From an uncultured Bacteroidales bacterium (GTDB taxonomy: Bacteria; Bacteroidota; Bacteroidia; Bacteroidales; DTU049): a stretch of 64,000 nt of DNA. Shown here in pieces: positions 1 through 9,399 of this stretch (its first letter is position 1; every line of letters begins with the position of its first letter). The DNA is taken from NCBI GenBank assembly GCA_964388575.1, contig CAYMAZ010000016.1, forward strand, positions 929 to 64,928, given 5' to 3'. The position numbers were made by a program, and so were the translations under genes. The notes below the pieces were generated by a model. The model was not told the DNA's origin. It searched no databases and saw nothing but the letters and a program-made list of their open reading frames with translations.

Positions 1-326
1 ATTTAAAAAAATATCATTACAAGGTCTGGAAGGAACACATTCTGAGTTTTCAGAAAGAACACATCAAACAATTGAGAGATTTAATCAGTAATGGGATTGA
101 AGACAGGCTTTTCAGAAGTGATATTAATGTTGAAATTGTTGCGCGAATGTTTAATTTACAGTTACAGGAAATGACAAATGAAGACATTTTTCCACACAAC
201 CAATTTTCAAGAGCAGAAGTTTTTGAAAACATCATTGTGAATTTCACTCGTGGCCTTGCGACAGATAAGGGAATAATGATTATTGAAAAAATAATTGCAG
301 ATAAAAAAAATGAGTTAAAGAAATAA
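1..326 (+). CDS. TetR/AcrR-family regulator, C-terminal part (5' end outside window)
   Basis: Frame 3 is open from the window edge (LKKYHYKVWKEHILSFQKEHIKQLRDLISNG...) to the stop at 324-326. The sequence looks like a helical ligand domain and lies directly upstream of a TolC/MFP/RND operon. The HTH is not visible because the N-terminus is cut off. Confidence 0.5.
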   Translation, partial: LKKYHYKVWKEHILSFQKEHIKQLRDLISNGIEDRLFRSDINVEIVARMFNLQLQEMTNEDIFPHNQFSRAEVFENIIVNFTRGLATDKGIMIIEKIIADKKNELKK

Positions 327-340
327 CAATTCGTAACAAT

Positions 341-1636
341 ATGAAATCAAATAACAAAACAAAACTTTTTCTGCTAACCGTGACAATATTTTTTGTTCAT
401 GGTCTGACTGCACAGAACAGACTTGATTTAAGTCTTGAGGGTGCAGTGAACTATGCTATAGAACACAACAAGATGGTTGAGAATGCTTCGTTGTCGGTGC
501 AGGAAGCTCAGGCAGCATACCGGTCAACAATTGCACAGGGTCTTCCGCAGGTGGATGCAACGATTGACTATCAGAATTTTTTCAATGCGAAAGCATACAT
601 CGGCCCCATGTCCTTTACATTCAATCCAACAAGTAATCTTAATATTACCGTTGGTCAGCTCATTTTCAGCGGCAGTTATATTGTTGGTATACAGATGGCC
701 AAACTGTATCATGAAATTACAGAAATCAGTTTCAGAAAAACAGATGCAGAAATACGCTCACAGGTAATGAATTCATATTATCTGGTTTTAATTTCAGTGC
801 GCTCGCTCGAAATTCTTGAACAGAATGTGGAGAATATGGAAGATGTGATTGCAAAAACTGAAGCTCTGGTGACTGTCGGCATGCTTGACGAAACAGACGC
901 AGATCAGATCAGGCTGCAGAAAACCATACTTGAAAATGCTGTCAAATCTGCAGTGCGTCAGCTCGAACTTGCAACCAATCTGCTGAGGATGCAGCTGGGA
1001 GTTAATGCGCAAACAGAAATTGTGCTGACAGATGAATTATTTGCCATCGTCTCACAAACCAATGTGAACAAAACATTAACATCGTCATACAATGTTAATC
1101 AAAACCTCGATTTTCAATTGATGTTATTGCAAAGAGATATTGCAAAGAAACAGTTCAATCTGGAAAAGGCTAAATTTCTTCCCACGATAACGGGATTTTA
1201 CAACTATACAGAAAAGATCAAAAAACCTGAACTTGACTTTTCACCCAAAAATGTCATTGGGTTGAATATCTCTATCCCAATTTTTTCAAGTGGTGCAAGA
1301 TATTTCTCACATACTCAGGCCAAATTACAATACAAATCAGTTGAGAACCAGCTTGAATTTGTCACTGATCAGCTTTCCATTCAGGAAAAACAACTTAGAC
1401 AGAATCTGAAAACTGCAATGGAACAATATCAGGCACAAAAGGAGAACATTGATCTTGCCCGAAGGGTATACAATAACATATACATCAAATATCAGCAGGG
1501 AATCATTTCCGGACTTGATATGACCACTGCCAATACCAATCTTCTACAGGCTGAAAACGGATATATTATGGCAATCATGCAGTTTCTGGAAGCCAAAACT
1601 TCGCTGGATGTATTTTTAAATCAGATAACACAGTAA
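341..1636 (+). CDS. TolC-family outer membrane efflux protein
   Basis: 431 aa with a signal peptide and a two-repeat coiled-coil/beta pattern typical of the OEP family (LSLEGAVNYAIEHN, LDLARRVYNN). It is the first gene of the efflux operon. Confidence 0.85.
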   Translation: MKSNNKTKLFLLTVTIFFVHGLTAQNRLDLSLEGAVNYAIEHNKMVENASLSVQEAQAAYRSTIAQGLPQVDATIDYQNFFNAKAYIGPMSFTFNPTSNLNITVGQLIFSGSYIVGIQMAKLYHEITEISFRKTDAEIRSQVMNSYYLVLISVRSLEILEQNVENMEDVIAKTEALVTVGMLDETDADQIRLQKTILENAVKSAVRQLELATNLLRMQLGVNAQTEIVLTDELFAIVSQTNVNKTLTSSYNVNQNLDFQLMLLQRDIAKKQFNLEKAKFLPTITGFYNYTEKIKKPELDFSPKNVIGLNISIPIFSSGARYFSHTQAKLQYKSVENQLEFVTDQLSIQEKQLRQNLKTAMEQYQAQKENIDLARRVYNNIYIKYQQGIISGLDMTTANTNLLQAENGYIMAIMQFLEAKTSLDVFLNQITQ

Positions 1637-1670
1637 ATCATCAATAATAAATAATAATTCAATAATTCAA

Positions 1671-2729
1671 ATGAAAACACTAAGAAAATACAATGTTTGC
1701 GCAAGCGGATTGATGGCTATCCTCATTGTTTTGATCAGCTCTTGTTCTGGAACAAAAAAGGAAAATGCCACTGTAGAAGAAAAGGAAGCTGAAAGAGTTC
1801 AGGTGATACCCATTGAAAAACAAACCGTTGATAATACTCTGGAGTTTACCTCAACGCTCGTTGCCAATGAAGAGATATATCTGGCACCTGCCAGTCCCGG
1901 TAGAATTGAAAAGATTTTTGTTGAGGTTGGGGCCCGTTTCAGGCAGGGCGACTTGCTGTTTGTTATGGATCAGACGCAGCTGCATCAGGCAAAAATACAA
2001 CTGAAAAATCTTGAAGTTGACATGGCTCGTTTTGACACGCTGATCAAATCGAACAGTATTCCAAAACAACAGTATGACCAGTTTAAAACCCAGTATGACA
2101 TTGCAAAGACCAATGTTCAGTTTCTTGAGGAAAACAGCAGGATGAAAGCGCCTTTTAGCGGGATTGTTTCAGGTAAGTATTATCAGAATGGGGAAATGTT
2201 TTCAGGTGCACCCAACACACAGGTTGGCAAAGCTGCAGTTATTTCAATAGTTCAGATAAATCCGCTAAAAGCAGTTGTCAATATTTCGGAACAATATTTT
2301 CCCCTTGTCAAAACAGGTATGGAGGTCGATATCGTCACAGATGTATTTCCCGACAAACCTGTAAAAGGCAGGGTGTTAAGAATTTTCCCAACAATTGATC
2401 AGATATCGAGAACCTTTCAGATTGAAATCACAGTTCCAAACGGAAAAGAAGAACTGAGGCCGGGTATGTTTTGCAGGACATCCTTCAACGTAGGAGAAAC
2501 AGAAGCATACATTGTTCCTGCCGGAGCGATTCTGAAGGTTCAGGGTTCATATGAACGTTACGTTTTCATTGAAGAAAACGGCAAGGCAAAACGTGTTTTT
2601 GTTCAAATCGGAAGACGTTTTGATGATCAGGTGGAGTTGCTTTCCGATCAGATCAAAGATGGCGATAAGCTTATTGTCTCAGGACAGTCACGACTCGTGG
2701 ATGCCGTTGATGTTGTTGTCGTTAAATAA
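1671..2729 (+). CDS. Efflux RND periplasmic adaptor (MFP/HlyD family)
   Basis: 352 aa with a lipobox-like N-terminus (LISSCSG) and biotinyl-lipoyl-like and beta-barrel motifs (RPGMFCRTSF, IVPAGAIL). It sits between the TolC and RND genes. Confidence 0.9.
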   Translation: MKTLRKYNVCASGLMAILIVLISSCSGTKKENATVEEKEAERVQVIPIEKQTVDNTLEFTSTLVANEEIYLAPASPGRIEKIFVEVGARFRQGDLLFVMDQTQLHQAKIQLKNLEVDMARFDTLIKSNSIPKQQYDQFKTQYDIAKTNVQFLEENSRMKAPFSGIVSGKYYQNGEMFSGAPNTQVGKAAVISIVQINPLKAVVNISEQYFPLVKTGMEVDIVTDVFPDKPVKGRVLRIFPTIDQISRTFQIEITVPNGKEELRPGMFCRTSFNVGETEAYIVPAGAILKVQGSYERYVFIEENGKAKRVFVQIGRRFDDQVELLSDQIKDGDKLIVSGQSRLVDAVDVVVVK

Positions 2730-2750
2730 TAATTTTCAAAAACCATAACT

Positions 2751-5700
2751 ATGAGTATCTACAAAACAGCTGTCAATAAACCGATAACAACAATGATGGT
2801 TTTTGTTGGAATCATTGTTCTCGGATTATATTCCCTGACACGAATTCCCATAGACCTATATCCTGAGGTAGAGCCACCGTTTCTGACGGTCATGACAACC
2901 TATCCCGGGGCCAATGCCTATGAAATAGAAACTAATATTACCAAAGTACTGGAAGATCAGTTGAATGCCGTTGAAAATCTGGATGAGATTTCATCCGTAT
3001 CCTATGATAATCTAAGCATTATTTCTCTGGAATTTAACTGGGAAACCAATCTTGATGAAGCATCCAATGACATCCGCAATGTACTTGAAAGTGTGTCAGA
3101 TGAGCTTCCTGAAGGAGCTGACAGGCCATTAATATTCAAGTTCAGCACGAGCATGATGCCCATATTGTTTTTTGCAGTCACTGCTGATGAAAGTTATATG
3201 GGGTTGTCAAAATTGTTGGAAGAAAAACTGATCAATTCACTTAACCGAATCAATGGCATTGGATCTGTTGGAATGATGGGAGAGCCCAAAAGAGTTGTTT
3301 ATGTAGAAGTTGATCCTCTTCGTCTGCAGGCACATAACTTAACTCTAGAACAGGTCGCAGGAGTTATATCTTCGGAAAACTTTAACCTTCCGTCCGGAAA
3401 TGTCAAAATGGGAATGATGGATTATCCCATTCGTATTCAGGGAGAATTTGATGAAAGTGTTGAAATTGAAAGCCTTGTGGTGGGAAACTTTCAGGGAAAA
3501 CCAGTATATCTGAAAGATGTTGCCCGTGTGGAAGACCGAAAGAAAGATATCTCCCTTGAAGAAAGAATCATGGGCGGACAGGGATTGCGTATGTTCGTTC
3601 AAAAACAGTCCGGAGCCAATACAATTCAGATCACCAGAGATGTGAAACAAATGATGAACGAACTTATGCCCAATCTCCCTCCTGATGTTGAAATTACTGA
3701 GGTTATGGATACTTCTGATTTTATCAAGAACTCAATCAGTAATTTATCACAAACGTTATTATATGCATTGTTTTTTGTTATCCTCGTTGTTCTTGTATTT
3801 TTAGGCCGATGGAGAGCAACATTTATTATCATTATCACAATTCCGATTTCTTTAATTGTTGCATTTATTTATCTGTTTATCACTGGAAACACAATCAATA
3901 TTATTTCTCTTTCTTCTCTTGCCATTGCAATTGGGATGGTTGTGGATGATGCCATTGTAGTATTGGAAAACATTACAAGACATGTGGAAAGAGGCAGTAA
4001 TCCCCGCGAAGCATCAATTTATGCGACCAATGAAGTTTGGTTGTCTGTAATCATTACAACACTAGTTATTGTTGCTGTTTTTTTCCCGCTGACACTTGTA
4101 TCAGGGCTGACAGGAGTCATTTTCAACCAGCTGGGCTGGATTGTAACCATTACCGTTGTTACATCAACAATTGCAGCTATCACTCTGACACCAATGTTAT
4201 CTTCCAAGTTGCTTGTCATGCATAAAAAGCTTGATAAACTGCCACGATTCGGTTGGCAGAATACCTTTGGAAAATTGTTTGATAAACTTGATGTTTTTTA
4301 TGAAAAAACCCTCAGATATGCATTGAGGCATAAAATGATGACAGGAATTGTAGCACTGATCATTTTTGTTTCTTCATTATTTCTGATGAAATTTATTGGC
4401 ACCGACTTTATGCCTCAGTCAGATGAAAGCAGTGTTTCCGGAACAATTGAGCTGCAAACCGGTATTCGGGTTGAAGAATCGATCAAAATGGCTGAGAAAC
4501 TGGAACAAATCATCCTCAATGATATACCTGAGCATCAGGTTTTCTATACATCGGCAGGTGCTGATGATGCGGGAAGTTTCTTTTCTCTGTTCAGCCAGAC
4601 AGGAACAAACGTGATCAATTTTGGGATGCGGCTTGTGAAACCCGAAGAAAGAGACAGAAGTTCTTTTGAAATTGCTGATGATTTAAGGAAGAAACTGGCA
4701 GAATTTCCTGAAATTGTGAAGTATAATGTCAGAACAAGCGGAGGTGGCGGAGGAGGCTTTGGCAGCAATGATGTTGCAATTGAAATTTTTGGTTATGATT
4801 TTAATACGACCACAAAGCTTGCACAATTGGTAAAAGAGAAGGTTGAAAACATTCCCGGTGCCAGAGAAGTGACAATAAGTCGTCAGGAAGAGAAACCTGA
4901 AATTATGATCAGGCTGGATAAGGAAAAAATGGCATTGCACGGGTTAAGTAGCGTAAATGTTTCAACAGCTGTCCGAAACAGAATTGCGGGTATCAAGGCT
5001 TCTTTACTTAGAGAAGCAGGTGAAGAATATGATATCATTGTCAGGTACGATGAAAATTACAGGTCTTCACTGAATGATATTGAAAATTTCTCAATCATGT
5101 CTCAAACAGGGAAACGCGTTGCGCTTAAAGAAATTGCCACAATCGGTGAATACTGGAGTCCGCCTAATATTGAACACAAGAGGAGAGAACGACTGGTGAC
5201 TGTTTCTGCAGTTCCGCACGATGTTTCACTTGGAGAACTGGCAAATTCAATCAGAGAAAAAATTGCTGAAATTGATGTTCCTTCAGATGTCGTTATTAAT
5301 ATTGGCGGATCCTATGAGGAGCAAATGAAATCATTCAGGGATCTTGGGTTGCTGATGTTGCTCAGCCTTGTGTTGGTATTTCTGGTTATGGCCTCTCAGT
5401 TTGAATCCTTTAAAATGCCTTTTGTTATCATGTTTTCAATACCGTTTTCATTTAGCGGTGTCATTCTTGCTCTGTTTCTTACAGGAACTACGCTCAGTGT
5501 TATTGCGGCTCTCGGAGCAGTTTTACTCATCGGTATTGTGGTGAAAAACGGAATTGTACTTGTGGATTATATTAATCTCATGCGTGACCGTGAAATCGAA
5601 TTGTATGAAGCCATTGCAATTTCAGGGAAAAGCCGTTTGCGCCCTGTATTGATGACAGCCATGACAACAATTCTCGGAATGCTGCCCATGGCTATTCTTA

Positions 5701-5891
5701 GCGGCGAAGGTTCTGAAATCTGGCAGCCAATGGGAATCACTGTGATCGGAGGCCTTATTTTTTCAACTGTTGTGACCCTTGTTCTCATTCCCGTTCTGTA
5801 TGCAATTTTTGTCAGAAAAGGAGAAAGGGAGAAAAAGCAGAAAATCAGAAAAAATATGAGATTCCTTGTGGAAAATAATGGAAATTCTTAA
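2751..5891 (+). CDS. Efflux RND transporter permease (AcrB/HAE1-like)
   Basis: 1046 aa with 12-TM architecture and typical motifs (AIGMVVDDAIVVLENI, VKNGIVLVDYIN, RLRPVLMTAMTTILGMLPMA). Confidence 0.95.
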   Translation: MSIYKTAVNKPITTMMVFVGIIVLGLYSLTRIPIDLYPEVEPPFLTVMTTYPGANAYEIETNITKVLEDQLNAVENLDEISSVSYDNLSIISLEFNWETNLDEASNDIRNVLESVSDELPEGADRPLIFKFSTSMMPILFFAVTADESYMGLSKLLEEKLINSLNRINGIGSVGMMGEPKRVVYVEVDPLRLQAHNLTLEQVAGVISSENFNLPSGNVKMGMMDYPIRIQGEFDESVEIESLVVGNFQGKPVYLKDVARVEDRKKDISLEERIMGGQGLRMFVQKQSGANTIQITRDVKQMMNELMPNLPPDVEITEVMDTSDFIKNSISNLSQTLLYALFFVILVVLVFLGRWRATFIIIITIPISLIVAFIYLFITGNTINIISLSSLAIAIGMVVDDAIVVLENITRHVERGSNPREASIYATNEVWLSVIITTLVIVAVFFPLTLVSGLTGVIFNQLGWIVTITVVTSTIAAITLTPMLSSKLLVMHKKLDKLPRFGWQNTFGKLFDKLDVFYEKTLRYALRHKMMTGIVALIIFVSSLFLMKFIGTDFMPQSDESSVSGTIELQTGIRVEESIKMAEKLEQIILNDIPEHQVFYTSAGADDAGSFFSLFSQTGTNVINFGMRLVKPEERDRSSFEIADDLRKKLAEFPEIVKYNVRTSGGGGGGFGSNDVAIEIFGYDFNTTTKLAQLVKEKVENIPGAREVTISRQEEKPEIMIRLDKEKMALHGLSSVNVSTAVRNRIAGIKASLLREAGEEYDIIVRYDENYRSSLNDIENFSIMSQTGKRVALKEIATIGEYWSPPNIEHKRRERLVTVSAVPHDVSLGELANSIREKIAEIDVPSDVVINIGGSYEEQMKSFRDLGLLMLLSLVLVFLVMASQFESFKMPFVIMFSIPFSFSGVILALFLTGTTLSVIAALGAVLLIGIVVKNGIVLVDYINLMRDREIELYEAIAISGKSRLRPVLMTAMTTILGMLPMAILSGEGSEIWQPMGITVIGGLIFSTVVTLVLIPVLYAIFVRKGEREKKQKIRKNMRFLVENNGNS

Positions 5892-5902
5892 AAACAAAAA
5901 CT

Positions 5903-6196
5903 ATGAAAGCAATCATGATATTTTTTAATCAGGCACATACAGAAAAAGTTGAATATATGCTCGATTTTTTAAACGTCAGAGGGTATTCTTTCTGGCAGGA
6001 TGTGCAGGGAAGAGGCTCTGAAACAGGCGAACCACGTTACGGAACTCATACCTGGCCTGAAATGAATTCGGCTGTCATGACGATTGTTGAAGATGATCAG
6101 GTGGACATCATCCTCAAGAAAATCAAAAAGATTGACGAAATTAACAAAGAAGTCGGCATCAGAGCTTTTGTCTGGACGATTGAGGGTGGATATTAA
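5903..6196 (+). CDS. Small transporter-associated protein, P-II-like (recalled as the 'PG0541-type' family)
   Basis: 97 aa with no signal peptide, starting 12 nt after the RND stop. The sequence has a beta-alpha-beta pattern. The family name is from memory only. Confidence 0.45.
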   Translation: MKAIMIFFNQAHTEKVEYMLDFLNVRGYSFWQDVQGRGSETGEPRYGTHTWPEMNSAVMTIVEDDQVDIILKKIKKIDEINKEVGIRAFVWTIEGGY

Positions 6197-6263
6197 CTTA
6201 TGGGGGCTTTATGAGTTAATCTTATCAGTTCTCACTGATTATCCACATTCATTTAATTTAAAA

Positions 6264-6302
6264 AGAAGAAGAAATTGTATAGCAGTTTCTTCTTTTTTTT
6301 AT
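6264..6302 (+). terminator. Rho-independent terminator of the efflux operon
   Basis: A 10-bp stem (6265-6274 pairs with 6286-6295) with an 11-nt loop, running into a T-run that ends at 6300. Confidence 0.6.
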
Positions 6303-6463
6303 TTGACTTAATTAACAGGTTTGATAAATTAATTTTGTATGATTGAATCTCTACTTCATATAATTTATCATACGTAATTAATTTTGAGTAAACGTTTATT
6401 CTGATATATAAACATTTTTTATACAAATAACAACAATTTGTTCATAAAAAAATCTCATTTTAT

Positions 6464-6495
6464 TTTGAAAACCGCTACTCGTGGTTGTATATTTG
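6464..6495 (+). promoter_or_regulatory. Bacteroidota-type promoter (-33 TTTG / -7 TAnnTTTG)
   Basis: TTTG at 6464-6467 and TATATTTG at 6488-6495 with a 20-nt spacer, about 25 nt upstream of the ATG at 6521. Confidence 0.35.
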
Positions 6496-6520
6496 TCCAA
6501 ATTATTAATACATCAAATCC

Positions 6521-6979
6521 ATGAGAAAATTTATTTTGTTTATGAACATGATCCTGTGCATGGTATTTACCATACAGGCTCAGCAGTACACTGGCAGTAA
6601 TGTGCCGGAAGCTACGCACAACCCGGATGCAGTAAAAAAGCATCACAAAACAATTTCAAATTCTGAAAAGGTTGAAAAAATCTCTTCCTACAACGATGTC
6701 AGGTCTTATAATCTGCAACAAAGGATTGATTTACTTGAAAACAAGCATAAAGCATTCTATTCTTTGCCTTACCCACAGGATTATATCAGCAATACTGTGA
6801 TGCCCTCGATCAGAAATGAAAGAAAAATTGTGGCTCCAGGATTTCCAGAACGAACATTGGATAAAGCCAGAGACAAAGAAAACCTCAGTTACTGGCTTGA
6901 AAATAATACCGAGGAACTTATTCAGTATCTGATTTTTCTTGATGATAAGTACATAAGTCTTAAAAATGCAGTAAAATAA
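6521..6979 (+). CDS. Hypothetical secreted protein
   Basis: 152 aa with a signal peptide (MRKFILFMNMILCMVFTIQAQ). I recognise no motif. It lies upstream of the large T9SS cargo gene. Confidence 0.5.
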   Translation: MRKFILFMNMILCMVFTIQAQQYTGSNVPEATHNPDAVKKHHKTISNSEKVEKISSYNDVRSYNLQQRIDLLENKHKAFYSLPYPQDYISNTVMPSIRNERKIVAPGFPERTLDKARDKENLSYWLENNTEELIQYLIFLDDKYISLKNAVK

Positions 6980-6998
6980 TACCAAAAAATGAAAATCC

Positions 6999-9335
6999 AT
7001 GAAAACAAAAAATAATATTTTCTTTTCAGTTTTGGCCATCATTGCATTTCTGATAATGCAAATGCCAACACATGTAAATGCACAAAGCTGTAGCGGAAAT
7101 TGCGGGGGAAGTGCAGGGAGTTGTTATTGTGATGATGCCTGCTGGGGTTATGGAGACTGTTGTCCTGACGTTTGCACCTACTGCGGAACATTTTCTTCTA
7201 CAATGATTGCCAATTGCGGAGGACCTGTGAATTGTCTCACGTGTCCTTCTTTTGATTTCACAATTACAGCGACCAGCACATTTCAGACACACTCTTCAAG
7301 TATAGTGACCGGAGGATGTAAGCAATATCAGGTGAATTTGACCGCTGGAAATATTGCGACATTTACATTTTGTTCAAATGGCGGTACAGCCAATTATGAT
7401 ACATATCTAACATTAAGGGATGCTTCCTGTACAACTGTTGCATCAAATGATGATGTGTGTGGTTTATTGTCAGAGATTGTATATACAGTTGCAACAACAG
7501 GAGTGTATTATCTTGAAGTAAATTCATGCTGTACTGGTAGTTCCGCAGGGAATTACACACTTGCATACAGGCAGTTTACACCAGGTCCATGCGATATTAT
7601 TACACCAATATTAGGATGTGGAATTTCTCAGATGCAAACAGCTACATCCAATGGTACAGGACTGTGGTCAACTGTTTCTGCATGTGGTGGGTATGTGCCT
7701 CCCGGTCAGGAATTCATATATGAATTTGTTGCTCCGGTTGACGGAATTTACAGTTTAGAGGTTGTATCTGCAACACCTGGTGGATATTATTTTGATTATC
7801 AGTGGAAAACAGGATCATGTTCCGAAACAGGCTGGAACTGTATTTCATCTGTCTATCAGCCTGGAAATTATGGATCGTTGAACTGGATAGCCGGAACAAC
7901 ATATTACATATTACTTGATGCACAGGGCACTACTCCCAGAACTCAGGAATTTTATATTCAACTTCCTGCTTCTTCAAATCCCTGCAATTCGATTACAACA
8001 ATTTCAGGATGTGGTTCTTCCAATGTTCAAAGCTATATGTCAACAGGAACCGGAGTTTGGGATGTGTCAGAATGTGGCTACAATACCCCAGGACAGGAAA
8101 AAATTTATGAATTTACTCCAACTGTGAGTGGAGACTATTCGCTCAAAGTTACATCTACAAATGGTTACTATGCAGACTATTTCTGGAAAACAAGCCTCTG
8201 TAATGATACTGGTTGGATTTGCATAGATGATCTGTCAGGACCAGTTGCTTTAGGAACATTGCCATTAACAGCCGGTATAACATATTATCTTTTAATCGAT
8301 GCCGAATCAACAGATACAGTTATTCATGAATTTTACATCGGATCTCCACCTGAGCCGATTGTTTGTCCTCCGGGTGCAATACTGGAAGGAGAACCTGAAT
8401 GTTACAGTGGCTATGTTGACTCATACAATGGTGGTTGCAATTCTACACCCAATGTTTTTCAGACCTTAACACAGTGTTGCGGTATAATCTGCGGAAAGAC
8501 AGGCGTTTTTGATTCAAGCAGAGATACTGACTGGTATGAACTGACCACAACCACTTCAACACAAATTGACATCAGTTTAACTTCAGAAAGTTACATCATT
8601 CTATATCTTATTGACGGAAATGTGGATTGCACTCAACCTGACATTATCGCTGACGATATTGCCTATACAGGGGATACAGCAAGAATTTCATCTACAGTAG
8701 GGGCAGGTACCTGGTGGATTTGGGTAGGGACTGATCTTGATAACTGGCCCTGTTCCACACAATATATTTTGACATACAATGCATGTGCTGCAGAAACTCC
8801 CGGCGCAATTACAGGCCCTGATTTTACATGTCAGGGATATACAAATGTAGCATACTCCATTGCACCTGTTGCAAATGCAGACTCCTACCTGTGGTCATAT
8901 TCCGGGACCGGAGCCATAATCAATGGCAATACAGAAAATATTACCATTGATTTTGATGCAGGTGCTACAAGTGGTGTGCTGTCTGTTTCTGCAAGTAATC
9001 CTTGCGGAGAGTTAAGCGCTCCTTCTCCCGGATTAACCATCACGGTTGATCCATGTGCCGGGATTCATGAAGTAGAAAAAGGTTTGTTAGTTGAACTGAT
9101 TCCGAATCCCAGTGAGGGAATTTTTAGTTGTGTGATGACAACAGACATCCAGGATGTATTTAAAATTCAGATCACTGACGTGAACGGAAAAATCATCTGG
9201 ACAGAACAGATCAATCTTGTTCCGGGGAAAAACAGCATGGAAATGAATATGAGACATCTTGCAAACGGAACATATTTTCTGATTGGAAACGGAAATAACA
9301 CGCAATTCCGCAAAGTATTTATGATCAACAGGTAG
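6999..9335 (+). CDS. T9SS-sorted multidomain surface/secreted protein
   Basis: 778 aa. It has a signal peptide, a Cys-knot (SCSGNCGGSAGSCYCDDACWGYGDCCPDVCTYC), a pre-peptidase-C-terminal-like module (NYDTYLTLRD...ASNDD), two paralogous modules of about 125 aa, a PKD-like module (ADSYLWSYSGTGA...SASNPCG), and a type-A T9SS CTD (LIPNPSEGIF...GTYFL...FMINR). Confidence 0.85.
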   Translation: MKTKNNIFFSVLAIIAFLIMQMPTHVNAQSCSGNCGGSAGSCYCDDACWGYGDCCPDVCTYCGTFSSTMIANCGGPVNCLTCPSFDFTITATSTFQTHSSSIVTGGCKQYQVNLTAGNIATFTFCSNGGTANYDTYLTLRDASCTTVASNDDVCGLLSEIVYTVATTGVYYLEVNSCCTGSSAGNYTLAYRQFTPGPCDIITPILGCGISQMQTATSNGTGLWSTVSACGGYVPPGQEFIYEFVAPVDGIYSLEVVSATPGGYYFDYQWKTGSCSETGWNCISSVYQPGNYGSLNWIAGTTYYILLDAQGTTPRTQEFYIQLPASSNPCNSITTISGCGSSNVQSYMSTGTGVWDVSECGYNTPGQEKIYEFTPTVSGDYSLKVTSTNGYYADYFWKTSLCNDTGWICIDDLSGPVALGTLPLTAGITYYLLIDAESTDTVIHEFYIGSPPEPIVCPPGAILEGEPECYSGYVDSYNGGCNSTPNVFQTLTQCCGIICGKTGVFDSSRDTDWYELTTTTSTQIDISLTSESYIILYLIDGNVDCTQPDIIADDIAYTGDTARISSTVGAGTWWIWVGTDLDNWPCSTQYILTYNACAAETPGAITGPDFTCQGYTNVAYSIAPVANADSYLWSYSGTGAIINGNTENITIDFDAGATSGVLSVSASNPCGELSAPSPGLTITVDPCAGIHEVEKGLLVELIPNPSEGIFSCVMTTDIQDVFKIQITDVNGKIIWTEQINLVPGKNSMEMNMRHLANGTYFLIGNGNNTQFRKVFMINR

Positions 9336-9358
9336 TAATAAAGTCTTTGTGAATAATC

Positions 9359-9394
9359 AAAGAGGCTGTGTTGATGTGATGCAGCCTCTTTTTA
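9359..9394 (+). terminator. Rho-independent terminator between convergent genes
   Basis: A 10-bp stem (aaagaggctg at 9359-9368 pairs with cagcctcttt at 9382-9391) followed by a T-run. Confidence 0.65.
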
Positions 9395-9399
9395 TGAAG

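Noticed and set aside
4738-4762. GGGGGG run in the RND permease as a slippage tract
   Set aside because: It is encoded by mixed GGA/GGT/GGC codons, not a homopolymer or a simple repeat.
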